Shown here one piece after another: positions 37,200 to 49,463 of a DNA stretch of 64,000 bases; position 1 is the stretch's first letter, and the number at the start of each line of letters is the position of its first letter. A model generated the notes under the pieces. It was not told the DNA's origin and ran no database searches. It saw only the letters and a list, made by a program, of their open reading frames with translations. The stretch lies in NCBI GenBank assembly GCA_002441245.1, contig DJVP01000012.1, positions 47,458 to 111,457 of the forward strand, written 5' to 3'. The DNA comes from Candidatus Omnitrophica bacterium UBA6253 (GTDB lineage Bacteria; Omnitrophota; Gorgyraeia; Gygaellales; Profunditerraquicolaceae). The position numbers and the translations under genes are program-made.

Positions 37200-38207
37200 T
37201 TAATGTGAATACTCCTTTAATAATTCCAATTTTTTTAATGCCGCCTTTGAATCAATCGATGCCTCAGCCAGTGTCATTCCTTCGGCGATATCATTAGTTT
37301 TATCAGCGGCATAAATAGCGCACCCGGCATTTAACAAAACGATATCCCTGGCCCTCCCGCCTTTACCGTTCAATACATCCCGGAGGATCTTGACATTTTC
37401 CTCAACAGAGCCTCCGTTTAAATCATCTGCCTTGGCCCTAGATATGCCAAACTCTTCCGGGGTTATTTCATAATCTCTTAATGTCCCGTTTTTTACCTCG
37501 GAAACAAATGTCTTGTCCGTAGTCGTTACTTCATCCAAACCGTCTGCGCCATGCACCACTAAAACATGCCTAGAGCCAAGATTATACAAAACCTGCGCCA
37601 ATGGCCTGGTCCATTCTTTAGAATATACCCCGATTAACTGGTTGGTCGCGCGCGCCGGGTTAATCAGGGGGCCCAAGATATTAAACATGGTCTTACCGGC
37701 GATCTGTTTTCTTGCCGGCATGACATTTTTCATTGCCGGATGCAGATTTGGCGCAAACAAAAAAGCGATGCCGATCTCCTTAAGGCATTTCTTAATCTTG
37801 GCTTTATTCATATTGATATCTACGCCTAAGGCCTCTAAAATATCCGCGCTGCCGCATTTACTGGATACTGAGCGATTACCGTGTTTAGCCACAGTAATGC
37901 CGGCTCCGCTTGCAACCAATGCAGTAATTGTTGAAATATTAAAAGTCCCTTTTTTGTCCCCTCCGGTACCGCAGGTATCTAATATATTATCGGTATCTAT
38001 GATAATCGGCTCGACATATTTAAGCATTTCATTTACCGCCGCAGTTAACTCTCCGGCTGTCTCGCCTTTTTCATTCAACGAAGTCAGGAAATTAACGATA
38101 TCTGCAGTTTGGGTTGCGCCGCTTAGAATCTCGCGCATTACCTGCTGCATCTCTTGGGCAGTTAAATCTTTTTTATTAACCAGCCGTTTTATAAGGTCCC
38201 TGATCAT
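37200..38207 (-). CDS. trpD: anthranilate phosphoribosyltransferase
   Basis: 335 aa with the GTGGD and KHGNR motifs. Confidence 0.9.
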   Translation of the reverse strand: MIRDLIKRLVNKKDLTAQEMQQVMREILSGATQTADIVNFLTSLNEKGETAGELTAAVNEMLKYVEPIIIDTDNILDTCGTGGDKKGTFNISTITALVASGAGITVAKHGNRSVSSKCGSADILEALGVDINMNKAKIKKCLKEIGIAFLFAPNLHPAMKNVMPARKQIAGKTMFNILGPLINPARATNQLIGVYSKEWTRPLAQVLYNLGSRHVLVVHGADGLDEVTTTDKTFVSEVKNGTLRDYEITPEEFGISRAKADDLNGGSVEENVKILRDVLNGKGGRARDIVLLNAGCAIYAADKTNDIAEGMTLAEASIDSKAALKKLELLKEYSH

Positions 38208-38770
38208 TTCAGTTTTATAAAATTATCCAATATCTGTTTCCCGCTTTTAGTAAGTATGGATTCCGGATGAAACTGCACTCCCCAAACAGGATATACTTTA
38301 TGTTTTAATCCCATAATCTCATTTTCGGCTGTGAAAGCGGTTATTTCCAAACAATCAGGCAAACTCTTTTTATCAACCAGTAAAGAGTGATAACGCGTAG
38401 CTAAAAACGGATTGGGTAAACCTTTAAAAATATCTTTTTTATTATGATAAATCTTGGAGGTCTTGCCATGCATAAGCCTTCTAGCGCCTACGATCTTAGC
38501 TCCAAAAACATAACCTATCGCCTGATGCCCAAGGCAGACTCCCAGGATAGGAGCCTTACCGCTAAACTGGCGGATAACTTCACAAGAGATACCCGCATCC
38601 TCCGGCCTGCCCGGGCCGGGTGATATGACAATTTTTGCCGGATCAAGTTTTTTAATATCATTGATGCTTAAAGCATCATTGCGATAAACCGGAACCTTCT
38701 GCCCTAATTCACCTAAATACTGCACCAGGTTATAAGTAAATGAATCATAGTTATCGATCATTAAAATCAT
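38204..38770 (-). CDS. trpG: anthranilate/aminodeoxychorismate synthase glutamine amidotransferase component
   Basis: 188-aa class-I GATase (GVCLGHQ, HPES). Confidence 0.85.
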   Translation of the reverse strand: MILMIDNYDSFTYNLVQYLGELGQKVPVYRNDALSINDIKKLDPAKIVISPGPGRPEDAGISCEVIRQFSGKAPILGVCLGHQAIGYVFGAKIVGARRLMHGKTSKIYHNKKDIFKGLPNPFLATRYHSLLVDKKSLPDCLEITAFTAENEIMGLKHKVYPVWGVQFHPESILTKSGKQILDNFIKLK

Positions 38771-40029
38771 TCTTTTTCTCTCCAGACTTTTGCCCCCAGG
38801 TTAACCAGCTTCTTTTCAATGTTTTCATACCCGCGCTCTAAATGATAGATCCTGGAGATTGATGTCTTGCCGCGCGCGGCTAAACCAGCCAGGACTAAAC
38901 AGGCAGATGCGCGCAGGTCAGATGCCATAACCGGAGCGCCGGATAAACTTTTTATACCTTCAACAATAGCATGCGGACCTTCTCTTTGGATATGCGCGCC
39001 CATACGATTAAGCTCAGAGACATGCATAAACCTGTCCGGATATATCTTTTCAGTAATTACGCTGATACCCGGAGTAATTGACATCAGACTCATCATCTGC
39101 GCCTGCATATCAGTAGGAAAACCCGGATACGGAAGCGTAGTGATATTTACAGACCTTAATCTCCTGTTACCTTTAACGTGTAAAGAACCGTCAGCGCGCA
39201 CTAGATGCGCCCCTGCCTCATCTAGCTTATCAATCAACGAACCCAGATGCTGATATTGCACGTTCTTAATTAATATATCCCCGCCTGTAACTAAGGAGGC
39301 TAAAATTAAAGTCCCGGCTTCAATGCGGTCGGGAATTATAGAATGTGTTGCTCCGTGTAAATGTTTGACTCCCTCTATTTCAATAACCGGCGTACCATGA
39401 CCTTTAATCTTTGCTCCCATTTTGATTAAAAACTCCGCTAAATCCGCCACCTCCGGTTCACAAGCCGCACATTCAATTACGGTTTTCCCTTTGGCTAAAA
39501 CAGCGGCCATCATCACATTATCAGTAGCTAAGACCGATGAGCCATATACGCCGCCTAAGTAAATGTATGCGCCTTTTAATTTACTTGTTCTGGCAACCAC
39601 ATATCCTGAATCAATATTTATATCAGCACCTAAGGCCTTGATCCCTTTAAGATGCAAATCTACGGGGCGGACGCCGATAACACAGCCACCGGGAAGAGAG
39701 ACCCTGGCTTTTTTGAGCTTACCCAATAGCGGGCCCAAAACACAAAATGAAGCACGCATTGTAGAAACTAATTTATATTCGGCTATATAATTTGTGGCCT
39801 TACCCGCACAGACGCTAACCCTGCCCTTATCAAACTCGGCAATCTTTCCCAGGGCGCGTAAAATCTTCAACATGCTATTAGTATCACGCAGGTTCGGCAC
39901 CCCCTTAATTATACATTGCTCATCAGTAAGCAGGCTCGCCGCCAAGATCGGCAGCACTGCGTTTTTAGCGCCAGAGACCGTAACCTCACCCTTTAATTTA
40001 ACCCCGCCTTCAATAATCAGTTTGTCCAT
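38767..40029 (-). CDS. murA: UDP-N-acetylglucosamine 1-carboxyvinyltransferase
   Basis: 420-aa EPT-family enzyme; the N-terminus [17 protein letters not shown] matches MurA. Confidence 0.9.
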   Translation of the reverse strand: MDKLIIEGGVKLKGEVTVSGAKNAVLPILAASLLTDEQCIIKGVPNLRDTNSMLKILRALGKIAEFDKGRVSVCAGKATNYIAEYKLVSTMRASFCVLGPLLGKLKKARVSLPGGCVIGVRPVDLHLKGIKALGADINIDSGYVVARTSKLKGAYIYLGGVYGSSVLATDNVMMAAVLAKGKTVIECAACEPEVADLAEFLIKMGAKIKGHGTPVIEIEGVKHLHGATHSIIPDRIEAGTLILASLVTGGDILIKNVQYQHLGSLIDKLDEAGAHLVRADGSLHVKGNRRLRSVNITTLPYPGFPTDMQAQMMSLMSITPGISVITEKIYPDRFMHVSELNRMGAHIQREGPHAIVEGIKSLSGAPVMASDLRASACLVLAGLAARGKTSISRIYHLERGYENIEKKLVNLGAKVWREKE

Positions 40030-40819
40030 TTTTAAGCAGTCCTTTTCTAGCCATAACTATGCGTTCAATATCATTATAGTCCCTGATCAAAGATAACTGT
40101 TCAAAACCTTTCTTCTCAAGCATCTCTTTAACAAAATAAGCCTGGCTTAACCCTACTTCAAACATTAATAAACCATTATCCTTTAAATAATGCGCTGCCC
40201 GAGAAATTATGCGCCGATAAAAATCCAAACCATCCTTGCCGGCTTTTAAAGCCAGCTGCGGCTCAAAAAATATCTCTTTATCCAGAGAATGGAATTCCCC
40301 GCTTGATATATAAGGCGGGTTGCTGATAATCAGATCAAACTTATGATTTCTAAATTCAGGCGCGTCAAAAATATCGCTTTGTATAAATTTAATTTTTACG
40401 TTATTTAAACAGGCATTCTCTCCGGCTAGTTGTAGAGCCGCATTCGATATATCACTGGCCCATACATCCGAACAGGTAAAGGCCTTAGCTACCGCTACCG
40501 CAATACAACCTGATCCCGTACCAAGATCCAGTACCTTCGGTGATATTATGCCCATCCGCTTAAGTTTCTCTACAGCCGCCTCAACCAGGATCTCTGTTTC
40601 CGGCCGGGGAATTAATGCCCGGTTATCCACCTTAAACTCCAGCCCCATAAATTCGGTTTTGCCCAAAATATACTGCACAGGCTCGCCAAGGATCCTGCGT
40701 TTTAATATCGAAGACAACAACGCAGATTTATCCCTGTTTAAATTTATATCCTTATTCAGGTATAAAGACATGCGGTCACAATTTAAAACATGGGTTAAAA
40801 CTAACTCAGCTTCGTTCAC
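40010..40819 (-). CDS. prmC: release factor glutamine N5-methyltransferase
   Basis: 269 aa with the NPPY motif (ISNPPYI) and SAM-binding DLGTGSG. Confidence 0.85.
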   Translation of the reverse strand: MNEAELVLTHVLNCDRMSLYLNKDINLNRDKSALLSSILKRRILGEPVQYILGKTEFMGLEFKVDNRALIPRPETEILVEAAVEKLKRMGIISPKVLDLGTGSGCIAVAVAKAFTCSDVWASDISNAALQLAGENACLNNVKIKFIQSDIFDAPEFRNHKFDLIISNPPYISSGEFHSLDKEIFFEPQLALKAGKDGLDFYRRIISRAAHYLKDNGLLMFEVGLSQAYFVKEMLEKKGFEQLSLIRDYNDIERIVMARKGLLKNGQTDY

Positions 40820-41870
40820 TTTTCTTCTCTTCTTCCGCCTTTAACAGTGCCTCTGTAAGCTCGTCCATCTGCCCCTCTAAGATTGCCTCTAATTGATGGG
40901 AGGTAAAATTAATCCTATGGTCGGTAACCCGGCGATCAGGGAAATTATAAGTACGGATTTTCTCGCTGCGGTCACCGGTTCCAATCTGAGTTTTCCTTGC
41001 ACTGGATAATCTTTTCGCCTCTGCCTCAATTTTAGACTCTAAAATACGCGCGCGCAAAACCCTCATTGCCTTAGCCCTATTCTTTATCTGCGAGCGCTCA
41101 TCCTGACAGGCAACTACTGTGCCGCTCGGTATATGTGTAATCCTTACCGCTGAATCAGTCTTCTGCATATGCTGTCCGCCGGGCCCGCTTGAACGGTAAG
41201 TATCTATCCTTAAATCTTTGGGCTCAATCACCAAATCAACTTCTTCCGGCTCAACTAAAACCGCAACCGTAGCAGTAGAAGTATGGATACGGCCCTGCGC
41301 TTCAGTAGTAGGAACTCGCTGTACGCGATGCACGCCGCTTTCAAATTTAAGGCAGCGAAAGGCATCTTTGCCTTTTACGCTAAAAGTAATTTCTTTGATC
41401 CCTCCGGCTTCATTAGTGCTGGCAAACATAGGCTCAATGGCCCAGCCTTTATTATCCGCATATTTAGAATACATGCGATAAAGATCCGCCGCAAAAAGCC
41501 CCGCCTCATCCCCTCCAGTGCCCTGCCTGATTTCAACAATGCATGCACGGCCGGCATCTTTATCCTCTCCGGCGAGCATTTTCTTTAACTTAAATTCTAT
41601 ATCCGCCTTCCTGGCATCCAACTCCTTAATTTCCTGCTGCACCAGTTCATGATAATCCTCATCGTGCTTCTGAAGCAATATTTCTTCAAGATCCCGGGAT
41701 TCCTTAAGCAGGCTTTTGAGTTCGCGATACAAGGTTACCACGGGCTTTATGTCAGAAAGCTCTTTAGCCAGCTTGTTATACTGTTGCCGGTCAGCAATCA
41801 TCTCATGGTTGGCTAAAAGCTGCTCCAGCTCTTGGTAACGCGCTGCCATTTTTTCCAATTGCTCGTTCAT
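40806..41870 (-). CDS. prfA: peptide chain release factor 1
   Basis: 354 aa with the GGQ motif ([16 protein letters not shown]) and an RF1-type recognition loop (RVPTTE). Confidence 0.9.
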   Translation of the reverse strand: MNEQLEKMAARYQELEQLLANHEMIADRQQYNKLAKELSDIKPVVTLYRELKSLLKESRDLEEILLQKHDEDYHELVQQEIKELDARKADIEFKLKKMLAGEDKDAGRACIVEIRQGTGGDEAGLFAADLYRMYSKYADNKGWAIEPMFASTNEAGGIKEITFSVKGKDAFRCLKFESGVHRVQRVPTTEAQGRIHTSTATVAVLVEPEEVDLVIEPKDLRIDTYRSSGPGGQHMQKTDSAVRITHIPSGTVVACQDERSQIKNRAKAMRVLRARILESKIEAEAKRLSSARKTQIGTGDRSEKIRTYNFPDRRVTDHRINFTSHQLEAILEGQMDELTEALLKAEEEKKSERS

Positions 41871-41914
41871 AAGGATCTACGCCCTTCCTTGCATAATTAT
41901 ATACTACCTGCTGC

Positions 41915-42118
41915 TTACTGCTTCTTTCCGTACTTTTTCATAAACTTATCAACACGACCGGCAGAATCAACTAACTTCTGTTTCCCGGTGAAAAACGGAT
42001 GGCATTTTGAACAGATCTCGACGCGAATACTCGGCTTAGTGGAACGGGTGTGCACTGTCTCACCACAAGCGCAGACAATTGTACTTTCTTTGTAATTAGG
42101 ATGTATCTTCTCTTTCAT
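41915..42118 (-). CDS. rpmE: 50S ribosomal protein L31
   Basis: 67 aa with a CxxC...CxxC zinc ribbon; typical L31 start (MKEKIHPNY). Confidence 0.9.
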   Translation of the reverse strand: MKEKIHPNYKESTIVCACGETVHTRSTKPSIRVEICSKCHPFFTGKQKLVDSAGRVDKFMKKYGKKQ

Positions 42119-42242
42119 TTTACTGCCCCTTTCTTAATTAGTTTGTAATAACCTTATTATCAATATCCCCGCTCGTTCACTCGCGAGGATAAATTCAGCC
42201 AATAACGCATGTCGGCTACGCCTCCATAAGTTATGGCTTCAT

Positions 42243-43502
42243 TTATTTCTGATTCATGCTGTTTAAAAATTCTTCATTATTCTTGGTTTTGCTTAACTTC
42301 TCAATTAACAACTCCATGGCTTCCACGTTATTTAACTCATTTAACACTTTTCGTAGAATCCAGGTCTTCTGCAATACATCCGGCTTAACCAAAAGCTCCT
42401 CATGACGGGTATTAGAGCGCTTAATGTCAATTGCCGGATAGATCCTGCGCTGAAACAGGTTACGGTCAAGCTGGGTTTCCATATTTCCCGTGCCCTTGAA
42501 CTCTTCAAAGATAACCTCATCCATACGGCTGCCTGTATCAACCAAAGCCGTGGCGATGATAGTTAAGCTTCCGCCTTCATCTACCGCGCGTGCCGCGCCG
42601 AAGAATCTTTTGGGTTTTTGCAGGGCGTTGGAATCAATGCCTCCCGAAAGAACCTTACCGCTATGCGGGACCACGGAGTTATAAGCGCGCGCCAATCGGG
42701 TAATACTATCCAAGAGGACTACTACATCGCGCTTATGCTCAACCAGGCGCTTTGCCTTCTCCAGGACAATCTCAGCAACCTGCACATGGCGTTCCGGCGG
42801 CTCATCAAAGGTAGATGAAATTACCTCGCCCTTGACATTGCGCTGCATATCAGTAACTTCTTCCGGACGTTCATCAATCAAGAGAACGATTAAGACCACA
42901 TCCGGGTTATTACTGGTAATAGCATTGGCGATCTTCTGCAATAAAACGGTCTTGCCGCTATATGGCTGGGCAACGATTAAACCACGCTGTCCCTTGCCAA
43001 TAGGAGTAAGCAGGCTCATAATACGCATAGATATTTCATCCGGCCTGGTCTCCATGTTAAATGGCTGGCGCGGATAAACCGGGGTAAGGTTATCAAAAAG
43101 CACCTTCTCCTTTACCTCTTCGGGGTTCTCAAAATTGACCGCCTCAACTTTAAGCAGGGCAAAATATTTTTCCCCTTCTTTCGGGGGGCGGATCTGCCCG
43201 CTTACGGTATCCCCGGTACGCAGTTCAAATTTTCTGATCTGCGACGGAGAGATATAAATATCATCCGGGCAGGGAAGATAATTGTAATTCGGGCTCCTTA
43301 AGAAACCAAAGCCTTCAGAGAGGATTTCTAATACGCCCTCCCCAAACATCAGGCCTTCCTTTTCAGCCTGGGCCTGAAGTATTTTAAAAATCAGGTCCTG
43401 TTTCTTCAAGCCGCTGGTTCCGTTTGCGTTTAATTCCTTTGCCAGTTTATTTAATTCGCCAATCTTCATATCTTTAAGATTCTTGATATCTAACTTTTCC
43501 AC
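42243..43502 (-). CDS. rho: transcription termination factor Rho
   Basis: 419 aa: N-terminal OB/CSD RNA-binding domain and a RecA-like ATPase (GKTVLLQ). Confidence 0.95.
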   Translation of the reverse strand: MEKLDIKNLKDMKIGELNKLAKELNANGTSGLKKQDLIFKILQAQAEKEGLMFGEGVLEILSEGFGFLRSPNYNYLPCPDDIYISPSQIRKFELRTGDTVSGQIRPPKEGEKYFALLKVEAVNFENPEEVKEKVLFDNLTPVYPRQPFNMETRPDEISMRIMSLLTPIGKGQRGLIVAQPYSGKTVLLQKIANAITSNNPDVVLIVLLIDERPEEVTDMQRNVKGEVISSTFDEPPERHVQVAEIVLEKAKRLVEHKRDVVVLLDSITRLARAYNSVVPHSGKVLSGGIDSNALQKPKRFFGAARAVDEGGSLTIIATALVDTGSRMDEVIFEEFKGTGNMETQLDRNLFQRRIYPAIDIKRSNTRHEELLVKPDVLQKTWILRKVLNELNNVEAMELLIEKLSKTKNNEEFLNSMNQK

Positions 43503-44098
43503 AACGTCCTCCTTATTTCGGAAACCTGTTTCCGAGTTTTGCTGATTAAACCGCTGTTATCTATAATAAAATCCGCAAGGCGCAATTTTGCGTTTTGCGA
43601 AATCTGATATTTCATCCTCCGGGAAACTTCGATTTTACTTAAAGCAAGCCTTTTCTGGCTGCGTGAAATCTGTTGTTGCCGCTTAGCCTTAACTACCACT
43701 AATTTATCAACCATCTTCTTTAACCCCGCCTCAATAATTAAAGCTGCATCCAGGATTATAATTTTCTTATCTGAATCCCTGATAATCCGTCTGATCCGGG
43801 AAATTAGCGCCTTATGGACAATATTATTTAATCTGTTTAAAGCTGCTTTACTGGCAAAGGCCACCTCTGCCAACTTAACCCGGTCAATTGAATTATCCGG
43901 GTTAAGGATTCTCCGGCCGAACGATTTTATAAGTTTTCTATAAACGCCGGTGCCGATAGGCATAAGTTTATGCCCCAGGCTGTCCGCGTCAATAAGGAAA
44001 CAATCCTTATGCTTAAACATTCTGGCTACCGTGCTTTTGCCAGAGCCCATAGTGCCGGTAACGCCTAAAACTAATTTAGCTTTCTTTTGCTTGAGCAT
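43490..44098 (-). CDS. coaE: dephospho-CoA kinase
   Basis: 202 aa with the P-loop [12 protein letters not shown]. Confidence 0.85.
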   Translation of the reverse strand: MLKQKKAKLVLGVTGTMGSGKSTVARMFKHKDCFLIDADSLGHKLMPIGTGVYRKLIKSFGRRILNPDNSIDRVKLAEVAFASKAALNRLNNIVHKALISRIRRIIRDSDKKIIILDAALIIEAGLKKMVDKLVVVKAKRQQQISRSQKRLALSKIEVSRRMKYQISQNAKLRLADFIIDNSGLISKTRKQVSEIRRTLWKS

Positions 44099-45464
44099 AT
44101 AGCTGGATATATTTTTTAGCAGAAGCCTCCCAGGAAAAATTACATTTCATGGCATTATTTACCAGACGCGCCCATTTCTTTTTATCTTTGAAGGTAAGCA
44201 CCGCCTTCTTAATAAGATTGAGAAATTCTTCCTTTGTATACTTGGTAAAAACAAAACCGTTATTCTTGTTTATTGTATCCGCCAGCCCGCCGGTCTTAAA
44301 GACCAAAGGAATTGCCCCATAGTGCAAACTAATTAACTGCCCGAGCCCGCATGGTTCGTATTTTGAAGGCATAAGAAAAATATCACTGCCGGCATAAATC
44401 TTATGCGCCAGAGAATCATCAAACTTTAAATTTAAAGAGATCACTTTGGGGTGCTTCTTTTGCGCCGCCGCCAGAATCTGATGATATTTTAAATCACCCA
44501 ATCCTAAAATAACCAACTGCACGCCCATTTTACATATATCATCCAGCCCCTGGGCAAGGATATCAAATCCTTTTGCATCAACCAAACGCGAGACAATCCC
44601 TAAAACAGGAATGTCTTTATTTACCGGCAGGCCGCATATTGCCTGCAGGTCTTCTTTATTAAAACCCTTGTCTTCTATGCTTTGTGCTGAAAAATTCTGC
44701 ACAATGAACCTGTCCGTATTAGGGTCCCAAACATAATAATCCAGGCCGTTGACTATCCCGCTTAAAACATCCTTACGCTGCCTCAAGAGGCCATCTAAAC
44801 CAAAACCAAGCTCTTTACTCTGGATCTCCTCGGCGTAAGTAGGGCTTACTGTATTAATAAAATCAGAAAAAATTATGCCGCCTTTTAACAGGCTGACTTG
44901 ATCATAAAATTCAAGCCCGGAGACGCCAAAAAGACTGCTGTCTAAACCCAGCTTTACAAATTCTTCTTTAGCAAATAACCCCTGGTAACCAAGATTATGG
45001 ATAGTCAGAATACTTTTCATTCTGCTGTAAAAAGGCTCTTTGGAATATAAATTCTTCAAATAAACCGCTACCAGGCTAGCCTGCCAATCATGCAGATGCA
45101 GTATATCGGCAGCAAAATCTATTTCTTTTAATAATTCAAGCGCACGGCGGCAGAAAAAAGAGAACCTTTCCAGGTTGTCTTTATAATCTCCGCTCTTATC
45201 CACATACAGGCCGTCACGGTTAAAATATAGATCATTTTCTATAAAGTAAACTTTTATATTATTTCCTATGGTTACAGATGTTACATCTCTGGAAATCCTG
45301 TTTGCTTTAAGTTTGCCATCCTTTACACACTTATACCTGGGCATAATAACAATTACCTCTTGCCCGCAATCCTCTAAAACCAACGGCAAGGCTCCAACTA
45401 CATCGGCAAGCCCGCCGGTTTTAGCAAAAGGCACAACCTCAGAAGCTACCATCGCTATTTTCAT
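44076..45464 (-). CDS. glgA: glycogen (starch) synthase, GT5 family
   Basis: 462 aa; N-terminal MKIAMVASEVVPFAKTGGLADVVGALP is the ADP-glucose-binding KTGGL motif. Confidence 0.85.
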   Translation of the reverse strand: MKIAMVASEVVPFAKTGGLADVVGALPLVLEDCGQEVIVIMPRYKCVKDGKLKANRISRDVTSVTIGNNIKVYFIENDLYFNRDGLYVDKSGDYKDNLERFSFFCRRALELLKEIDFAADILHLHDWQASLVAVYLKNLYSKEPFYSRMKSILTIHNLGYQGLFAKEEFVKLGLDSSLFGVSGLEFYDQVSLLKGGIIFSDFINTVSPTYAEEIQSKELGFGLDGLLRQRKDVLSGIVNGLDYYVWDPNTDRFIVQNFSAQSIEDKGFNKEDLQAICGLPVNKDIPVLGIVSRLVDAKGFDILAQGLDDICKMGVQLVILGLGDLKYHQILAAAQKKHPKVISLNLKFDDSLAHKIYAGSDIFLMPSKYEPCGLGQLISLHYGAIPLVFKTGGLADTINKNNGFVFTKYTKEEFLNLIKKAVLTFKDKKKWARLVNNAMKCNFSWEASAKKYIQLYAQAKES

Positions 45465-48001
45465 TCAATGACCTCCATATCCAGCCAGTTTTTTCCTTTC
45501 TTCATATCTATTCTTATCGGCACATCCAGTTTTCTAACCTGCTCCATTCTTTCTTTTACCAGCATGGTTAAAGTATCAATTTCATCTACCGGCAAATCAA
45601 AAACCAGCTCATCGTGAATCTGCAGGATCATCTTGCTTTTTAAGCCTTTGTTTCTAATCTGTTCGGATATCTTGACCATTGCCAGTTTAATCAAATCACT
45701 GGCAGTCCCTTGAATAGGGGTATTTACCGCCTGACGTTCTGCAAACTGGCGGATACCCATATTTTTACTGTTGATCTCAGGGATATACCTCCTCCTGCCC
45801 ATAAGCGTAGTGACAAAACCCTCAGTCCTTGCCTTGTTAATCTGCGCATCGATAAAATCTTTTACCTTTGGATATCGTAAAAAATAGGCATCAATAAAAT
45901 CCTGGGCCTGGTTAACAAATATCCCTAAATCTTTACTTAAACCATACGCGCTCTGTCCATAGATGATGCCGAAATTAACTCTCTTGGCCACCTCGCGCAT
46001 ATCATCAACGACCTCTTGCTCGCTGACATTATAAATCAATGAAGCAGTCAGCCTATGCACATCCTGGTTATTATGAAAAGCCTCGACTAAAGTTTCATCC
46101 CCGCAAAGATGCGCCAGCACCCTTAATTCTATCTGCGAATAATCACACGATAGCAGGCAATTGTCTTTGCCTGAAGCAATAATTGCCTTGCGAATCTTGC
46201 TGCCAATATCCGTCTTAATAGGGATATTCTGTAAATTGGGGTTGCTTGAACTAAGCCTTCCCGTCTCCGTTGCCGTCTGGTTAAAAGACGTATGCACTCT
46301 TGCCGTTTCAGGATCTATCAGCTTAGGCAAGGCGTCAACATAAGTATTTTTTAACTTGGTCAGCTGCCTATACTCCAACAATAACGCCGGTAACGCGTGT
46401 TTATCCGTCAGGCGCCTGAGCACCTCCTCATCGGTAGAAGGGCCGGTCTTTGTTTTCTTAACTATCGGCAGGGCCAGCTTCTCAAACAAAACCTGGCCCA
46501 GCTGTTTTGGAGAATTTATATTAAATTGTGTTCCGCTCGCTTCATAAATACCTGCAATTAACTTTATCAGCCTTTTTTCAATATCCCGGGAGAGTTCTTT
46601 AAGTAATTCTAAATCCAGCTTTATCCCCTCCTGTTCCATCTGCGCCAAGACGCTGACTAGAGGCATTTCAAGCTCAACAAACAACTGTAACAGTCCTTTT
46701 TCTTCCAGGGCTGCCTTAAGTACAGGTTTTAATTTTACCACCAGGGCCAAGGCGTTTTTTGTTTCCAGCCCCTCCTGGCGTATAAACTCACCCAAATTTT
46801 CTAACGCCAGGTCAACAAGCGCGTAGCTTGACCGCGATGGATTAAGCAAGTAAGCAGCAATCATAACATCAAAATCCAGGCCATCTAAAATCAGGCCCTG
46901 CTTAAAAAGAGAAACCTTCAACTTCTTAAGATCATAACCTGTCTTCTTTATACGGCTATCACTTATTGCTTCATCCAGATATTTTCCGGCTGACTTAGCG
47001 CTGAATATTTTATTTTCTACAGAAAAAAATAAATCCTCGGCCTTATCCCCATAAAGCGTAAGATCACCTTCCTGTTTTAACAGGCCTTTCAATTCCCCGG
47101 GGTTAAAATTATATAATTTAATCTCGGGGGCATCATCCTGTGCATCAGGGAGATCTTTAAGCAGGCTCTTAAACTCTAATTTCCTAAAAATCCTGCCCAA
47201 TTCCCTATAATCGGGAGCCCCGATTTTAACCTTCTTTAGAACCAGTTCCATGCCTACCTTTTCATTCAGAACTATCAGTTCTTTATTCAACCTTATTCGC
47301 TCAATGTGCCCAGATATCGCCGTCCTGGTCTTCTCAGTATTTACTTTCGCGATATTTTTAAGTAGTTTTTCCAAAGAACCAAACTCAAGAATTAATTTCT
47401 CAGCGGTTTTCTCCCCGATACCGGGAACACCGGGAATATTATCAGCGTCATCTCCCATAAGCGCAATAATATCTGCGGTCATCTTCGGGCTGACCCCAAA
47501 AATATCTTTGACTTTTTCCGTATCATAAAGCACACCGTCGCCTTTATAAGGATTAAATACCGAAATACGGCTATCAACTAATTGCAGGATATCTTTATCG
47601 CTGCTTACGATTGTAACGTGCAGTTTTTTGGCAGCGCCTTTCCTGGCAAGCTCAGCGATGATATCATCGGCCTCAAAACCTTTTTTTTCAAAGATAGAGA
47701 TACCGTAAGCACTGATAATCTCTTTAATTATAGGTATCTGGCTGCTTAGACCATCAGGCATTGCCGGCCTTTGCATCTTATACTGCGCGAACTTCTGCAG
47801 GCGGAAAGTATCCCGGGAGACATCAAAACAACAAGCTAAATAATCGGGCTTATGTTCCTTTAAAATCTTATTAAGAATATTTAAAAACCCATAAACCGCG
47901 TTTGTAGGCTGGCCTGAAGCAGTGGCCAATCCGCTTAAGGCATAAAAAGCCCTGTAGCAAAATGCCGTCGCGTCAATCAAAAATAATTTTTTATCAGCCA
48001 T
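45461..48001 (-). CDS. polA: DNA polymerase I
   Basis: 846 aa: 5'-3' exonuclease (FEN) domain, spacer, and family-A polymerase motifs (DYSQIELR, QVHDELV). Confidence 0.95.
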   Translation of the reverse strand: MADKKLFLIDATAFCYRAFYALSGLATASGQPTNAVYGFLNILNKILKEHKPDYLACCFDVSRDTFRLQKFAQYKMQRPAMPDGLSSQIPIIKEIISAYGISIFEKKGFEADDIIAELARKGAAKKLHVTIVSSDKDILQLVDSRISVFNPYKGDGVLYDTEKVKDIFGVSPKMTADIIALMGDDADNIPGVPGIGEKTAEKLILEFGSLEKLLKNIAKVNTEKTRTAISGHIERIRLNKELIVLNEKVGMELVLKKVKIGAPDYRELGRIFRKLEFKSLLKDLPDAQDDAPEIKLYNFNPGELKGLLKQEGDLTLYGDKAEDLFFSVENKIFSAKSAGKYLDEAISDSRIKKTGYDLKKLKVSLFKQGLILDGLDFDVMIAAYLLNPSRSSYALVDLALENLGEFIRQEGLETKNALALVVKLKPVLKAALEEKGLLQLFVELEMPLVSVLAQMEQEGIKLDLELLKELSRDIEKRLIKLIAGIYEASGTQFNINSPKQLGQVLFEKLALPIVKKTKTGPSTDEEVLRRLTDKHALPALLLEYRQLTKLKNTYVDALPKLIDPETARVHTSFNQTATETGRLSSSNPNLQNIPIKTDIGSKIRKAIIASGKDNCLLSCDYSQIELRVLAHLCGDETLVEAFHNNQDVHRLTASLIYNVSEQEVVDDMREVAKRVNFGIIYGQSAYGLSKDLGIFVNQAQDFIDAYFLRYPKVKDFIDAQINKARTEGFVTTLMGRRRYIPEINSKNMGIRQFAERQAVNTPIQGTASDLIKLAMVKISEQIRNKGLKSKMILQIHDELVFDLPVDEIDTLTMLVKERMEQVRKLDVPIRIDMKKGKNWLDMEVIE

Positions 48002-48141
48002 AGCTAATATGGAGCCCGCCCTAGATCCCTAAGGACGGAATACTTGAGCAGTTAAAATCATCTGTGCTATGAATGATGCAATTTTTAACCGCGAAAGTAT
48101 AAAGGAATTCAATATAAGGAAAGAGTTTTTGCAGTGCGCTT

Positions 48142-49410
48142 CTAGCGCGACAGAGCTCTTAACTCCGTCTTTTCAATAAATGCTTCAATCTCCGGGTTAT
48201 CCTGATCTAAATACTGGGCGTCTAAAGCTTCTTTGATTGCCGTAGCCAAATCCCCCCGGTTAAAACTCTGCTTGGCTTTATTAAAGTGATCCTGAGCAAG
48301 CATTTTATCGTTTCTATTAACCGCGGATTTATACTTTGAGACATCCTTGATTAAACCTAACACCTCTTCTTCCCGGGCATCGGCAACGGGGCTACTGGAT
48401 AAAACCGTGCGGATATCTTTAACCCGGTTAGCCGCCTTCTGTTTCCAGGGGTTTTCCGGAGAACCTAACTCCGCGCGCTTAGCCCAATAAAATTCCGCCT
48501 TTTCTAAATCACGCTGCTTTTCGTAAAAAAGGGCTATATTAACATAGGCGCTTAATAATGTAGGGTCAAACCTGATCGCCTTTAGATAAACATCCTCTGC
48601 CCGGTCAGGAAAACCGGCTGCTTCGTAAATAACGCCTAAATCATTATAGGCTGCAGCACTGGCTGGATCTAAATCTATCTTTTCAATAAACTCCTTAATT
48701 GCAGGATTAGCCTGATCTAAATCCTGGGCTTCCAAAGCTTCTTTAATTGCTAAAGTCAGCTTACCCTTCTTATAATAATGATCGGCTTTACGCAAATGAT
48801 TCTGGGCTTGCACTTTATCGGCTTTTTTAAACACGGACTTATATACTGAAACGTCTTTAATTAAACCCAGGACATCTTCCTCCCGCGCATCAGCAACCGG
48901 CCTGTTTGATAAAACCATACGAATATCTTTAAACCGGCTGGCCGCCTTCTGAGTCCAGGGATCATCTAAAGGGCCTAACTCTGCCCTCTTAGCCCAATAA
49001 AATGCCGCTCTTTCCAAATCCCGCTGATCTTCATAAAGAAGCGCTATATTGGTATAAGCGCTTAAATAACCAGGGTCAACCTTGATCGCCTTAAAATAAC
49101 TTTCCCTTGCCCGGTCAGGAAAACCGGCTGCTTCGTAAATAACGCCTAAATCATTATAGGCAACCGCATAAGTCGGGTCCAGGGCAATAGCCTTCTGATA
49201 TAAACTCATCGCCGCGGGTATATTTCCCAAGCGTTGATTTTCTAAGCCTTCTTCACGATACTTTCTTGCTTGATCCGGTAAGGCCCCTGTGACTTCCGTA
49301 CTTGAAGGATCAGCAGCTTCGTCTTGGGCAAAAAGCAAGCCCCCAAAGCAAAAAAGGCATAATGCGATAATTATGGTAAATATGAATTTAGGCAGGGAGT
49401 AAATTTTCAT
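48142..49410 (-). CDS. secreted TPR-repeat protein with internal ~150-aa tandem duplication
   Basis: Signal peptide, and two near-identical modules (AYNDLGVIYEAAGFPDRA...YWAKRAELG...PVADAREEDVLGLIKDVS). Confidence 0.7.
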   Translation of the reverse strand: MKIYSLPKFIFTIIIALCLFCFGGLLFAQDEAADPSSTEVTGALPDQARKYREEGLENQRLGNIPAAMSLYQKAIALDPTYAVAYNDLGVIYEAAGFPDRARESYFKAIKVDPGYLSAYTNIALLYEDQRDLERAAFYWAKRAELGPLDDPWTQKAASRFKDIRMVLSNRPVADAREEDVLGLIKDVSVYKSVFKKADKVQAQNHLRKADHYYKKGKLTLAIKEALEAQDLDQANPAIKEFIEKIDLDPASAAAYNDLGVIYEAAGFPDRAEDVYLKAIRFDPTLLSAYVNIALFYEKQRDLEKAEFYWAKRAELGSPENPWKQKAANRVKDIRTVLSSSPVADAREEEVLGLIKDVSKYKSAVNRNDKMLAQDHFNKAKQSFNRGDLATAIKEALDAQYLDQDNPEIEAFIEKTELRALSR

Positions 49411-49463
49411 TTTGTTCTATTTATTATATACATTTAATATCTTTACGTCAAGAAATATCTGTT

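Noticed and set aside
37513-38220. 235-aa plus-strand ORF
   Set aside because: It is antisense to trpD, which is unambiguous. It is a GC-biased spurious frame.
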